A stretch of 63,962 nt of DNA, from NCBI RefSeq assembly GCF_001194135.2, contig NC_068982.1:178657002-178720963 (forward strand), given 5' to 3'. The stretch is from Octopus bimaculoides (taxonomy: Eukaryota). The position numbers were made by a program, and so were the translations under genes. The notes under the pieces were generated by a model. That model searched no databases. It worked only from the letters and a program-made list of their open reading frames with translations, and had not been told where the DNA came from. Below are positions 1-13,874 of the stretch, piece by piece. Positions within the stretch are counted from its first letter, which is position 1. Every line of letters begins with the position of its first letter.

Positions 1-2580
1 ATATATATATATATAAAATAATAAATGAGAACATTTAAATTTATTTATTACTTGTGAAATTTAGCACCTGCTTAAGTAATATATATGAGAGATTTTTCGT
101 TAAACTATCATGTGGTTTGTTTCAGTTAATGTAAAACAATTTTTTTAAAGATTCCATATTTTAAGGAGAAATAATAATTACATTGAAAAATGCAAAATTG
201 AACGGAATAGACATTTCGTGATTCGGTTTTAATTAAAGGCTAGAATAAGGAAAACAAATTACAAGATGTAGAATTTATTACTAAAACATGTTACATGTTT
301 TAATATAAAGTATTCAGGTTAGTGTGTGAATATGTTTCAACATAGAAATTTCAGGTGTATAAAAGATGTGTAACTAAGGCTGCAATAGCGTGTGATATAG
401 CAACATTATGAAAGAGATACTGGTAATCGATGAATCAATCTCTAAAGAGAAAAAATGGTCAAATATCTGGCAAAGATTTCGATAGAGTCATCCAGAATAT
501 GGCGACTGAAAGCAGGAAAAATACATCTATAATCATAGGTGCAAGTAATAATATAAAAGTCATGTAGTGAAAACGAAATCCCAGGACTTATAAAATAAAT
601 ATGCACAGCGTATACAAAATAGTACTACTAAGCATTTAAAGAAATACTACGTAGAGAAATGTTAATTCAGTAGAAAGTAGGAAACCACGATGAAACTGCA
701 TGCGTCTAAAGTGCACAGCGCTTGATTACGATGATCCTCTTCTTCTTTTTCGTCCTCCCCCTCCTCATCGTCATCATTTTCATTCATTTACTCTCTTACA
801 ATGAACTTTTCTACTGTCTCTGTTTAGTTTTTAATGCTGTGCGATGGAAGTCAGACGCTCCACTCTTCTGTTTTCGAATCTGGGTTTGGTACTATGGCAG
901 AGTTTGATTCATAAACATTATCAATATAATTAAGGATATTTTATTTATCAATGAAAATTTAATCCTTTTTTGGGGTGGGTTTAAATATTTTGATATATTT
1001 ATATATAGATATAAAATGCTTAATGTTATTGGCATGTTTTTTCGACAAAATTTATAATTCGTCAATTTCTATAGATTCCGTATAGGTTATTTTACATATA
1101 ATTCTGATTTTTCTTGTATAATGCTAGAACAATATGGATTCATCTTGCAGCTCTAAACATCTTCCTTTGTAGCAGTTAATGTTTGCGTCATTGTTGGCAA
1201 AACCAGAATTTCTCACATTCGACAAGATATTAAATTAAATAATATATAATGAATCAATTTTCTTATCTTACAAAATCGTACTAAACTTTAGGCTAATGTA
1301 ATTAAGTTATTTGCGATTATTCTCCGAAAATATACTTAAGACTAAATAACAAATACTAAAATACATTTTCTATACTTTTTCCTTCAGATGCGTTTATTTT
1401 TTTAAAATTTGAATTATTAAGTCTTCGTATGTGGAAGTTTAATAGCATTACTTTGGTAAAAGAATTAACAACTGAGATTTCTCTCTCGCTTCACAATAAG
1501 AAATTTATGAGTCTCAAGGTATCAGAACCTACCACACACACACATATATATATATACATCTGTATATATTAAATTCAAATATCTATCACAAATAAGTAGA
1601 TATTGCTGAATAAATAAAAAAATAATTTTGAAATTAATCGTTATTCTTTAAATACGGTCTTTTAAAAATTACATTAATAAATATTATTCTAAACTCATTA
1701 GAAACAAGTGAAATAATGGAAAGTACATTTGACTGCGAGACTATGCGAGACACACACGACCACACAAACAAAGCATCACACACAAAGCTGCAAACTCCCC
1801 CACAGTCACACACATACACACACACTCGCACGCACACAAATACACACACACACACACACACACAGAGTCGTTTTTCCAGTTAATATTGTGATTTGACCTT
1901 AGTATTAAGTAATGTAAAATTTTTAATTATCTTAAGATTTCCTTCACTTTTGTCGTTAAATTTGACCTTATCTAACATCTAAAAATGTTGTATTTTGTAA
2001 TTTGAAAATTTATGAACATAATAAAAATAATCAATACATTAAATCTACTTTCGAGATCATTGATGAATTCCAAATGGAAATAATATGACTATTGGAATTT
2101 AACTCGTGTATCATTGCTTGCAGATAATTATATTATGTCAACTATAAGAAGCATAATTTTGATAACCCCGTTATCTGTGTCAATAAATTGTGTCAATAAA
2201 TTGTGTGTCCATAAATTCTTATTATCTCTAGAAACATATCCGAAAGCTTGCTGGTGAGGGGGCAATAATAGAAGATTTGTGCTGATGGCAAATTTTATGA
2301 CTGTTCAGTTTTACTTTATGCAGAATCATTATACAAGTCAAACATTTACTCCTAAGTTAAAACAATAAAGTTAATATTTCTCACTTATGACTGGAAAATG
2401 TCCGAGCAAAACAATCAATATGAAAGAATAGTTGTGTTTCTAAGAACGATTATTGTCTGCAAAACTTTTGATCTGTTCTCTTATTTAGAACAGCAGGGAA
2501 ATTTATGAAACACACTCTTGATCAATATTATACTGTTGATCTTTTTCGCTTGAGTATATAGAAATATAGATTTCAATGAG

Positions 2581-2582
2581 TG

Positions 2583-2619
<37 letters not shown>

Positions 2620-2899
2620 CAGTTACANNNNNNNNNNNNNNNNNNNNNNNNNNNNNNNNNNNNNNNNNNNNNNNNNNNNNNNNNNNNNNNNNNNNNNNNN
2701 NNNNNNNNNNNNNNNNNNNNNNNNNNNNNNNNNNNNNNNNNNNNNNNNNNNNNNNNNNNNNNNNNNNNNNNNNNNNNNNNNNNNNNNNNNNNNNNNNNNN
2801 NNNNNNNNNNNNNNNNNNNNNNNNNNNNNNNNNNNNNNNNNNNNNNNNNNNNNNNNNNNNNNNNNNNNNNNNNNNNNNNNNNNNNNNNNNNNNNNNNNN

Positions 2900-2942
<43 letters not shown>
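2581..2942. repeat. (TA)n microsatellites flanking an assembly gap (N 2628-2899)
   Basis: Direct read; explains the spurious YI-repeat ORFs. Confidence 0.95.
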
Positions 2943-2947
<5 letters not shown>

Positions 2948-3081
2948 GTACATACATAGATATCGGCCTGCCCGACCAGCCAACGAGAGGGCGTCATTCG
3001 AAAGCTACAACAATGCGAGAAACCACAATGTGACTAGTGGTGTACAATAGTATCCGATAATTTGGTCGATGCAATTCCATG

Positions 3082-3113
<32 letters not shown>
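3082..3113. repeat. (TCTA)n tetranucleotide microsatellite
   Basis: About 8 perfect units. Confidence 0.95.
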
Positions 3114-3611
3114 AACTAAAATGTAAAACTGTGAGAAATAGTTTAAATTAACTTTATTTAAAGGTCATTTGTATTAAAAAGTTTAAAATAAAACAGAATG
3201 ATAAGATATATGCAGTTTTTGACGAGATATATATCATGCTTCGGTTGTAATAACTAATTCAGAGATGTCACCCCTTAAAAAACAATAGACGAAGTCTTGT
3301 TAATTTATGTATCGAGTGTTAGATGGTAGGAGGATCAAACAGCTATCTTGAAATGATTATTTTGTAAGCCAAGACTATTAGCCAATCGCAAAAAGTTTAT
3401 AAATAATTCGATAAGTTTCAGAGAAAATTTCATACATGATTCGGTGTTATACCTCATTTGCGAAGCGTAGATTCCAGTGTAGCTTCTCAAATAGTGGTGA
3501 GATAATCATTGGGTATATATGCAATATTGCATTCTATATACCATAGAAAAATAGAGTTGTTTAAAAAATAGATAACACAGATATCATAACTAATATAGAG
3601 AGGAAGGCGTT

Positions 3612-3800
3612 GAAGTGACAGAATCGTTCGCATGCCGGGAAAAATATTTCGCGGCATTTCGTCCGGATTTACGTTCTGAGTCCAAATTCTGCCGAGATCG
3701 ACTTTGCATTTCGTCCTCTCGGGGGTCGATAAAATAAGTATCAGTCATGTATGGGTCGACTAGTTCGACTAGTTCCCCGCCACAAAATTTCAGGCCTTGT
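3612..3800 (+). mobile_element. tRNA-derived SINE, family A (Octopus-type), diverged copy
   Basis: cagaatcgtt...ttacgttctgagtccaaattctgccgagatcgactttgcatttcgtcctctcgggggtcgataaaataagta...aaatttcaggccttgt is homologous to the copies at 5447, 21738, 29640 and 29860. Confidence 0.8.
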
Positions 3801-3934
3801 ATGGTTATGATATTTATTCTGATATGTGATCTGTAAATAACGAAATAACCAATGGTAGTATTCCATCGGGCTCTTTGCTGAACCGCTTGATTACAAGGGC
3901 CTAAATACATCAACACCCGATGTCAGACGCTGGT

Positions 3935-4062
3935 GGGACACACACACAGACACGCACGCACGCACGCACACACAGACAGATAAACACATGTGCGCACACA
4001 TACAGAGACTCATACATATACACGTGTATAAATGCATATATCCGTTTGTCTAGCTATCTCTG

Positions 4063-4101
<39 letters not shown>

Positions 4102-4122
4102 ATAAATGCATATGCATATATT

Positions 4123-4167
<45 letters not shown>

Positions 4168-4170
4168 GCA
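3935..4170. repeat. Compound (CA)n/(TG)n microsatellite region
   Basis: (TG)n at 4064-4096 and (CA)n at 4125-4158, plus degenerate CA-rich flank. Confidence 0.9.
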
Positions 4171-5446
4171 CAAACATACCCATCAGGATCTTTATTAACA
4201 AGTTACTATAATGACGAGTATGTTTTCAGAGAGAAACTGTCTTAAGTATATATGGAAACAAGTATAATTTTAACAGCATGAATCTAGAGACACGAGGTGT
4301 GCAGTGTTGTTAATTTCTGGAAATAAAATGAAATATTTTGAATGAACTAGAACTAAGCCAGTTTTAGAACAAATAATTGTCCTCTCAGCTACTTCTTTAT
4401 TAATAGTAATGCTAGTTGTATTCGAAAATATTACATATTTAGTGAGCACAAAGTTCTCTTAAAACATACGATATAAACAATAAAGTCTGTCACATATTTG
4501 TGGAAAAGTATTGCATTTTCTATATAGCATGCTTGAAGCAATATTAAATATGTAATCATAAAAAAAACTAATCTAACAAGGGAATCTCGAAAAAAAGGTT
4601 TCATACGATGATTAATTAAAGGACTGTGAAGCGCTATAGTGCTACAGATCAACCTCGAAAAGAGCCTTCCTACTGGGATCATACAACAATAAGAATTGTA
4701 ATAATGGAAAATATCACGGGGGAGCTATACCACAACGCTGTAATTGTATTGTATTTTTGTAATAATCTACTCTTGTATAATTATAAATATGAGACGAGTT
4801 TAGCACTTGCAAATTTCCTACTTTTTTAGATAAGCTTCATACAACTGAAGTTTAATCGGATATAGCATTTCTGGTTTTCTGCAATATTAAGAGGCCAATC
4901 TGAATGAGAAAGAGACAGAGAGAAAGGGAGTGCGACTAATACTGAGAGATAAAGGAAGAGAGAGAGAGAGAGAGAGAGAGGGGGGGAGAAAGAAAGAGAG
5001 AAAGAATGAGAAAAGAAGAATGAAGACTGCCTTCACAATGTTATATTTCATGGAAATATTTGTGTAAAAATTCATCCAGTTTACTTCAATTTTCTTGACT
5101 CGTGTGTTGAACTATATTACATACAGATTTGAAATATTGAATAGTATTGTTATTTATTGTCAAGTTGCGTATTTCTATCTGAAATAATCAGGTAAACTCT
5201 GATCATTGTGTAATACACACCCAGAGTTAAATTCTTAGTCTTTGGACATCTTTGATATCAGCAAGTGTCTTTTCCAGTACATAGTGTGTGCTTATTTGTT
5301 TCTGATTAGTAAATTTTGAATTCTAACCATTTATCCCATTCGAAGCAATCTTATATTTTTATTTATTATTATTATTGTTGATGCTGAACAGCTTTATAAT
5401 TAATGTAGAAACGCCGACATAATAATGACTTACCAGTGCTATAATA

Positions 5447-5593
5447 TTGGTTTCAAAGGCTGGAAAATTCGGTGTTGAAATGGTACTTATTGTATCAACG
5501 CCGAAAGGATGAGAGGCAAAGTCAGCCTCTGAACGTAAATGCCGCTAAGCATTTTGCACGGCGGGGTAACGATTCTGTCAGCTCACCGCCTTG
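5447..5593 (-). mobile_element. SINE family A, internally deleted copy with 14-bp TSD
   Basis: Reverse complement begins ggcggtgagctgacagaatcgtt; direct repeat CCAGTGCTATAATA at 5433-5446 and 5594-5607. Confidence 0.8.
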
Positions 5594-5854
5594 CCAGTGC
5601 TATAATACTGATAGGAATCTTTTGTAATGTAGTTATTTATGTATTTCGTTATTTCATTGGTACTCAAAAATCATCTAAATTGCCTCTTCCCATGATTCTC
5701 TCTTTTACCATAAGACGAAAGTTGTAGGGATAATAAAATCTGTAGATCATTTGTTCCAGGAAATCAATGATTCATAGATTTAAGTACGTACAAACAGACA
5801 ATGTCGAACACTTATTCTTCCAAAAGCGTCTCGCTTCCCTTTTGCGTTACAGGT

Positions 5855-6244
5855 TGTTGTTGTTGGCACTCCGTCGCTTACGACGTCGAGGGTTCCAGTT
5901 GATCCGATCAACGGAAAAGCCTGCTCGTGAAATTAACGTGCAAGTGGTTGAGCACTCCACAGACACGTGTACCCTTAACGTAGTTCTCGGGGAGATTCAG
6001 CGTGACACAGTGTGACAAGGATGACCCTATGAATTACAGGCACAACAGAAACAGGAAGTAAGAGTGAGAGAAAGTGTTGTTGAAAGAGTACAGCAGGGTT
6101 CGCCACCATCCCCTGCCGGAGCCTCGTGGAGCTTTTTAGGTGTTTTCGCTCAATAAACACTCACAACGCCCGGTCTGGGAATCGAAACCGTCATCTTATG
6201 ACCACGAGTCCGCTGCCCTAACCACTGGGCAATTGAGCCTCCAC
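5855..6244 (-). mobile_element. tRNA(Arg)-like SINE, family B, full length with 11-bp TSD
   Basis: Head gtggaggctcaattgcccagtggttagggcagcggactcgtggtc...ggtttcgattccc has Pol III A and B boxes and a TCG anticodon-like loop; (CAA)n tail; TSD GCGTTACAGGT at 5844-5854 and 6247-6257. Confidence 0.88.
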
Positions 6245-7068
6245 ACGCGTTACAGGTACATCTATCACAACACTCGTTATTACTTTGTTTAAGATTTCAG
6301 TTCAAATATTTTATCAGGTGGCAAATTAATTTTACTTATAGTTGCTCAAAATCACCACTGATATCACTTATATTCTTATACCTGATATTCTTGAGAGATA
6401 CGACATAATTATCATATTTTTCTTAATGTTGTGGAGAATGTACACAGAAAAATACAAACGATATTCTTGGTGTATCAGCGATGCAGGTCGTACTATGAAT
6501 TTTATTTAAGGTCGAATTAATTTATGATCGGATTAATTTACATGAAGGCAGTCTACGGGTTATTTGCTGTTCCTGAGCCGTTCGGTAGTTCACCATTTGT
6601 TTATGGCATCGTGAGATCATACATTTATTTCAAAGAAACAGCTATCAATAAGAGTGAATAAAATGTCCTAGAGGAATACATAGAAATCATCCTTATAAAT
6701 GGTCATGTTACCTGGAGTATCAACAAACAAATGCAAAAGATCATCAATATTACTGAGATAAGGTTCCGTAGAAGAATGTAGATAGTGTGGTTAACACAAG
6801 TAAAGACCAACAGAAAGTTCCTTTACAGCATAAAAAGAAAACAAGGCTTGTTAACTGGACGCCATATGACACTTTTTGAACACTCAGTAGCAACTAGGAA
6901 ACAAATAGATGGTTATAGAAGGTAAACCAACGTAAGACTGCGAGAGAAGATACTCAATGACCTTACCATCTGATTTCAGAAACACTCCCAATAGCGTGTT
7001 GAGTTATGTGTTGGATAGGAAAGCATGGACGTCCATGCTTGTCGATACCTGTAAGCATTCTCCATGAA

Positions 7069-7082
7069 GAGAGAGAGAGAGA

Positions 7083-7154
<72 letters not shown>

Positions 7155-7168
7155 AAGATAGAGAGAAA
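7069..7168. repeat. (GA)n microsatellite
   Basis: Direct read. Confidence 0.95.
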
Positions 7169-8324
7169 GAAAGATCAACAGGTATTCGTTGACAGCTTAC
7201 ACTGTGACCATTCCAGCAGTCGACGAGCTCATCACATTAGGTTACAGCAGAAAATAGCTTATACAGCTACATGGAGTTTTCGACATGTGGTGCATCAGTA
7301 AAAAACAATACTTCGAGAAAATAGTGTCATTACTTATTAACACAATATAATACAATACCATACTATATAATATAATATAATAAATATGACATGATATGAC
7401 ATAATGCAATATACACATAGACATACACACGCACGGAGAACAACATAGGAGAATTTGAAGAATCTCACAGATCAATTAAAAAAAAACAAAACAAAAAAGA
7501 AACAAATTGACAAGAAAAACAAATCGCCTGTATTATGAGAAACCTTGACTAATGGGACCATGTCAAAAGCGCAAACTATATTATTTCCACTGCTGGCGGG
7601 AGCGCTACATAATTTGTACAGTATAGAAAACATTTCATCAACGCTGTCTAAACTATGTTGATATAAAATCTACAAATTGTTGAACTATACGTAAGTTACA
7701 AAGATTGACCTCACATCACAGTACAATATCGCGGAGTGAGTTTCTTACGTCATTTGTTCTTGCCTTATTGGATATTATTTCGAAAGAAATCAAGAAGAAA
7801 ATGACCCCACGACAAGAAAAACCAACAGCCAGATGCATTTCAGCAAACACAACACTGCATTGATAGGAATATGACCTTCCCAAAACATGACTTAAAAGAC
7901 TACTCAATGTAGTGTTATTAAGTTCGACATGATCTGAGCAAGTTGTATAGGTATATTTATGTATACACTTAGACACAAATATATACATGTTCCAACACCA
8001 CTGCTTCCAGTAACCCTGTGTTCATTCTTGTTTTAAGAAATTTACCAATATTTCTTGGAACAAATTTTGACGCCAAAATTGAAGCCATTTTGTATTCATC
8101 TATCGATCGTTTACCTGACAAATGAGATTTTAGCGACTATGGGAAAGTAAAAAAATAATATTCACTTTATATGTTTATTCTAAATTTCGACTCATATTTT
8201 CTACAATATCATACAAATTCATTTGCTTGTCCTGGTTTCTCACACGGTTATATGTCCAGTTTTATAAGTTATAAATAGTTTAGACTTTATCTTGATGATA
8301 TTTGTCTCTTGATATTTAAAAATG

Positions 8325-8405
8325 ATGTCGACTTCGCCTTTGGACCTTGCAGAACAGAAAGGACACAATACAGAGCAGGGGTATATTGGGGGTAAAATCA
8401 ATCCA
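8325..8405 (+). mobile_element. Highly diverged SINE family A fragment
   Basis: gatgtcgacttcgccttt...ggggtatattgggggtaaaatcaatc resembles gtcgactttgcctttcatcctttcggggtcgata...ctggggtcgatgtaatcgact. Confidence 0.4.
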
Positions 8406-11400
8406 CTTTCAAATTTATAACTTGTTGCCACTGTAAGAATTCAATTTTTTAATATATTTTATCGTTAACATTATTAATTCATTGTTGTTTTTATACGTAT
8501 ATAAAGTATTTTACTAATTTCTAATCAAGAAAATTAAAAGATGTTTTAAATGTTCGTCAAAATAGTTTGTATGGAGTTTACAAAGTGATCATTAATTTTG
8601 CTTAGATAACACATGGAGTTGTTGACAATAATGCTAGATTTATCATGTGTATTCCGGTGATTAATTAACACAAAAAAATTCAATATTTTCATTAGAATAT
8701 ATAATGTTTATATAATCATTTCTTTTCAGACATATATAGATACTGTCAGAGATACTATTCCTGCCAGTAGCGTAGAATTATTCAATTTTATAAATTACAT
8801 CTGAAACTCATTAAAGCAGAAACTCGGCACCAGTTGTCTCAATAACCATTGTAAAATATCAGACGAGATAACTTTCTCCAGCAGAGTCTGTCATAAATAT
8901 ATTTGATTGCTGAAAGAAAAAGATGAGGAAAGGCTTTCTATCTAAATCATGGGGAAATCATTATAGTCATCAATTATTTCATTGAGAATTAAATGAAAAA
9001 CGACTAAGTAGTCATCAGGAGCAATAAATTAATATCGAATAACTATTATTTCATGTAATTCGTTACATTTCTTGGCAAATTCCTCGGAAAGAAATTATAT
9101 CAGAAAACATAATTAAGGGAGATGGACGCAATACAGATCTGTATTTTTAACGCTAAATAATGGATATTTTATGTTATGAACGTCTGATATGCGTATTTCC
9201 TTCAAAAATATCTTAGGATCGAGTTTATATATGTGCAAGTGTCTAGGCGTTTATCTGTAAAAATGTTTGGAAAGTTTTCGAATAACAATGAACAAATTTT
9301 GGCATTTACAAGAAAATCAATAAATTTACTGATGGAGAGTGTCAACATCACAAACTAATAGCAATAACTCCCCATTAGTTATTCTAAGTCGTATAACGCT
9401 TTTTCGAACTGAGTTAAAATCTTGATGGCAGCCCTTAGTAAGTTGCACTCCAGCAGCATATCTCATTAACTATGTGCAGTATAGCATAACCAATGTAAAG
9501 TAACGTCTATCAATTCAGTGTTATATAGTTCTGAAACACATTGTAAATATTCTCAGAAAATATTGAATGCATATTGACAACAGAAAGACAATCAAGTAAA
9601 ATATTCGATGCCGCTGTTAGTACTGTTGCATGTAAGAACCATGGAATGGGAAATAAAATCCAGAACTTTGGGCAAAATGCCTAATGGCATTTATATATAT
9701 TGATAGTGTTCTCAGGTAAAATACGACGGTGTAAATATTTGCTTTCAGCCTTTCGAAATCGTCATTTTTTGTAATTGTTGCTTTCGCAGAGCCTTGGAGA
9801 TGTTCTTAATGTTCCAAACAAACCTTAGCCATAACTGTTGCAAGTTGACACCTGAAAGAGAGATATGAGCAGTGAGGGAAGTCTTAAAGTGAGTGTTCTG
9901 GAAAGAAAGAAGTGAGTGCAGTATCAATGTAGTGTCTATTTGGCACGTGGACAATGCGTTGTTGAAGAAATCTAGCAGACAGTAAAAGTGCGCATTGTGT
10001 ACGTAGATGATTGATGTAAAGAAGCAAAAAAGGGGAAACGAAATCGAACTCCTTGTGCCAGCAGAAGTAGCCGCTGGTGCTGTTGGTGTTTTTTTGTTAT
10101 TTTAATGTAAAAGAAATTATTGAATAAAAGTAAATAATTAAAGAGAAATAATTCGAAGTGACCAGTAGAATCTATTTGAAAAACAAAGACGAATGAAGAT
10201 ATATTAATTAGTATTCAAGAAAAAATCTTGGTGCTTTTTTTACGATCTCAGTACTTACATCCTGCTTTTTCTGTCAGGTGATTAAAAAAATTTGGTCATT
10301 TTCAAAATATACATTTTGGACATGTAACATAAAATCTAATCTATTGTACGTCTGACGATCGGGGAATATTCAGAGCACATTTGTATAATTAAATGCTATA
10401 AAATTTTCGAAATATATGTTTTAATTCTTCCATTGCTTTCTATTGTATTTGATATGATTGGGGTTTTTCAAGAGAAAATATTGAGCCATTCTGTTTATAT
10501 TTTAACAATGCTGTAACAACTCTAGTTTTGAACGTGATATATTTCGATATGAACCTATCATTTAAATAGCAACAGAACTAATACATTTATATTTTTGAAG
10601 AAATATTTTGATTTGACTATCAACTTCATCAGTGACAATGAGTACATAATCAATAAATCAATCGAGAAACCCACTAATTGATCGTATGTTCTTTCAACTC
10701 GTTGCCATTTGTTTGGAAAAATATCAATATTTTTGGCGGTATTTTAGCTTTGAAAAAAACCTCTTTGAATCAAATATTTTTTTTCATTTTATTATTCAAA
10801 GGAATGTTCAATAAATTCTCTTAAGTAAATGGTTTCATTTCAACATTTCTGAAATATGTTTAGCTTCTTGGGAACTTCTAGCGAAAAACAACATATACAA
10901 TAGCAGAAATTCATGATTTAAATGTTAATATTACTGCAGCATGTGCTCTTCATATGATAATATATGAAGCGAATAGAAGATCTAGCTAAGAACATGGTAA
11001 TTATTATTATAATAATCTCTATTATATTTTGCAGCGTTGCAGAAGGAGTTTTATGCTGCTGCATTTAAAGGTGACTGGGGATACATTATATATATATCAT
11101 AACGTATTTTTTCAGCAGCGATTTGAATTGTGAATGTTTTAATGATTATCAAACTTTTGTAATGCTTGCTGCAAATATACACTATTCATTAAAGCACATA
11201 CCTTCAATAATTTCCATGAATTAGACAATATAGAAAGTAAGCAAATAATTTCATCTTCAAGTATGACATATTTAAGTTACAATTATTTTGTTTTGTTGTC
11301 GCTTCTTTAACTTAATTAAACCTGGAACTGTTCTAAAGTGACATGTGGCATTAGATGATTATCCTTACAACGAAATTGGTGTATTCAGACTATGGTTAGT

Positions 11401-11769
11401 TTGATACTTTATAGCTAGTCCTATAGTTGGTTCGATAGTTAGTTCGATGAATTTCAATCTCAATACAAGATTTTCAAAGAACGTTAACATCTAGTTAATC
11501 TGTTTTAACCAGCAAATTGAGAAAATAATCTATCGCTCCATTGCTTAATGATGTTTAATTTTCTTAAGTTTTCAGATCATTAAAAAATTGTTATGAATTG
11601 TTCTTTTTCCTTTTGAAGTTCGTAGACCTTTTAAAAATGTGGATAGTAATGTAAATGTGAAGAGACTGTCAAAGAGAGTACGGAAAAAATAAATCTAATG
11701 AAATGAAAATCTGATGAGGGTTTGTAAGTTGAGAGAAATAGAAGAAAATAGATAATATTTAATATTATA

Positions 11770-12980
11770 TTGAGTCATCCCATAAATAATGCGATTTTTA
11801 TACTTCTTTTATTTTTCAAAATTAAGATAAGCAAAGGTATTTTTTAATCTAATATATACTCTCCTTCATTTTCTACAATGCTCTTCCATCTATCTGGTAG
11901 ACTTGCAAGGTCCCTCTTCCATATCTTTGCGTCCAAATTATTTTGAAGATTGCGGAATAAAGGATAATCAGATGGGGAAATATCCGGCGAATATAGTGGG
12001 TGGGGCATCGTTTCCCATTCAAACTGCTCCAGCCTTTAGAATGTCATCCTCACTGTATGTAGCAGAGCATTATTCTGATGGAAGAACATATTTTATCTTG
12101 AAACCATAGATGGTCGTTTTGCTTCTAGCGCTGACTTAAGCCGCTCAAGCTACTCGCAGTAGATCACCTTTGTCACGTTTGGTTTGAGTTTAAATGTTCA
12201 AAGTGGACTAAACCTTTCATATCTCATCAAACAGATAACACCTTACGTGGGTGAAGACCTTCTTTAACCTGGGATGCCAGTGTTTCTTTTTCCATACCCA
12301 CTGTTGTCTTCGGTGGTTGACACTTATATAGAGAACCCGTTTCTCGTCACCAGTCACTATTCGGTCCAAAAAAGGTTCATTCGTGATACGTGACAGCAAA
12401 GAAAAGCACACATTCACTCTTTGCGCACGATTTGACCCGGAGAGTTTGCGAGGAACCCATTAACCCAATTTTCTGACTTCTCTGCTGGCACACAGGTGTC
12501 AATGAATGGTTGAATGACCAAATCCAAGTTTCTTTGTTAGTTCCTCAACAGTTACGATGAGATTTTGTTCCACCAGGGTTTGCAAGACGTCCTCGTCGAG
12601 CTCTACGGATCTTCCAGGACGAAGCTCGTTTCCTAGGCTGTAGTTTCCGGCTCGAAATTTCTGGAAATACCGTTAACACTGGCTTACCCTTATTGTCCGA
12701 TACCCGTATACTGCGTTAATATTCCTCGCACTTTCCGTTGCGTTGTTGCTTTTATTGAACTCATGAAGGAAAATATACTGAATATGATCCTTTATCACTT
12801 CTATCATAGCTTTGAAAAAATAACTGTAAAATCAAACGGCACTCTTCAAAACTTGCACTGAGAATAAGCTAAAATTAACATCTACCTTTGTAGCAAGTTG
12901 ATGCAATTAGTTTATTCCGTCCCCCTCCAACTTTTAGTTCATGCAGTTGATAAAACGACATTATTTGTGGGATGAACCAA
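11770..12980 (-). mobile_element. Mariner (Mos1/SETMAR-like) DNA transposon, near full length, transposase pseudogene
   Basis: TIRs ttgagtcatcccataaataatg (11770) and reverse-complement ttggttcatcccacaaataatg (ends 12980); TA TSD at 11768-69 and 12981-82; minus-strand remnants EFNKSNNATESARNINAVYG (HTH), RIVTGDEK, HQNNALLH and YSPDISPSDY, with stops and frameshifts. Confidence 0.93.
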
Positions 12981-13624
12981 TACTTTTGAATTGTGGTGGG
13001 TTAGGGATGTTAATAAGAGTAAATTAGAATCCCCTAAAATTTAGTGCTTTGACATAGTAAGGGTCATACAAACGGAAATTTCTTTATTCGATAGCAAATT
13101 AGGTAAACTAATAATCTTGGTTTTTCCCAAACTGTTGGTGGTATATTTTGGACTTCATTGTTCATATATTTTAGACTGTAAAATGTCATACACACATATA
13201 CACACACAAATGCACATGCATATATTTATACCAGAGAGATGTATATGAACAACATAGAAAAATATATGTATATTAAATATAATACAACATGAATTCTTGA
13301 TTTATTGTAATTATCTCCTCTAGGATATGTTTCACGATCACCAAATGACAATCAAGATCGGTGCCACGTGAGAAGGGGAGATAATATAAGGATCAAGGAA
13401 TAACATAAGCTTGTCTGGAGATAGGATGACAGATATTGACACATACTTTTCATATACTAATCCTTGCATAAAACGACTGATATAAACTGATTTCAAAATG
13501 AACCAATACTGGCGGGACGACATTCCCTAACAAAGTTTGAGTCAATTTACAGTGTAATTATTGCTTTTTTATACAGGGAGAAAGACAAACTCTCCACGAT
13601 TAGACAATAAAAGACACTCACCCA

Positions 13625-13760
<136 letters not shown>

Positions 13761-13874
13761 AAACAAGATAAAGTCACTGAAGTCGTATTGCATCTCAATT
13801 GATGAAATTCAAAAGTTTGTAAATATGTATCTATATAATGAAACAATACTTCTGTTAATTCTGACCAATTCATT

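Noticed and set aside
390-570. Short frames vaguely like a LINE ORF1 esterase (IIIGASNN)
   Set aside because: Multiple stops and no diagnostic motif.
3590-3916. 108-aa minus-strand ORF that looks like a receptor C-terminus
   Set aside because: Most of it is the antisense of a family-A SINE.
8240-8431. ORF with an ankyrin-like TSPLDLAEQKGH (plus) or an exon-like segment (minus)
   Set aside because: It overlaps a diverged SINE core; single short motif with in-frame stops around it.
8793-8909. Segment with strong minus-strand acceptor and donor
   Set aside because: Stops in all three frames; no other support.
10259-10395. Segment bounded by tatag| and |gtaagt on the minus strand
   Set aside because: Stops in all three frames; could only be non-coding.
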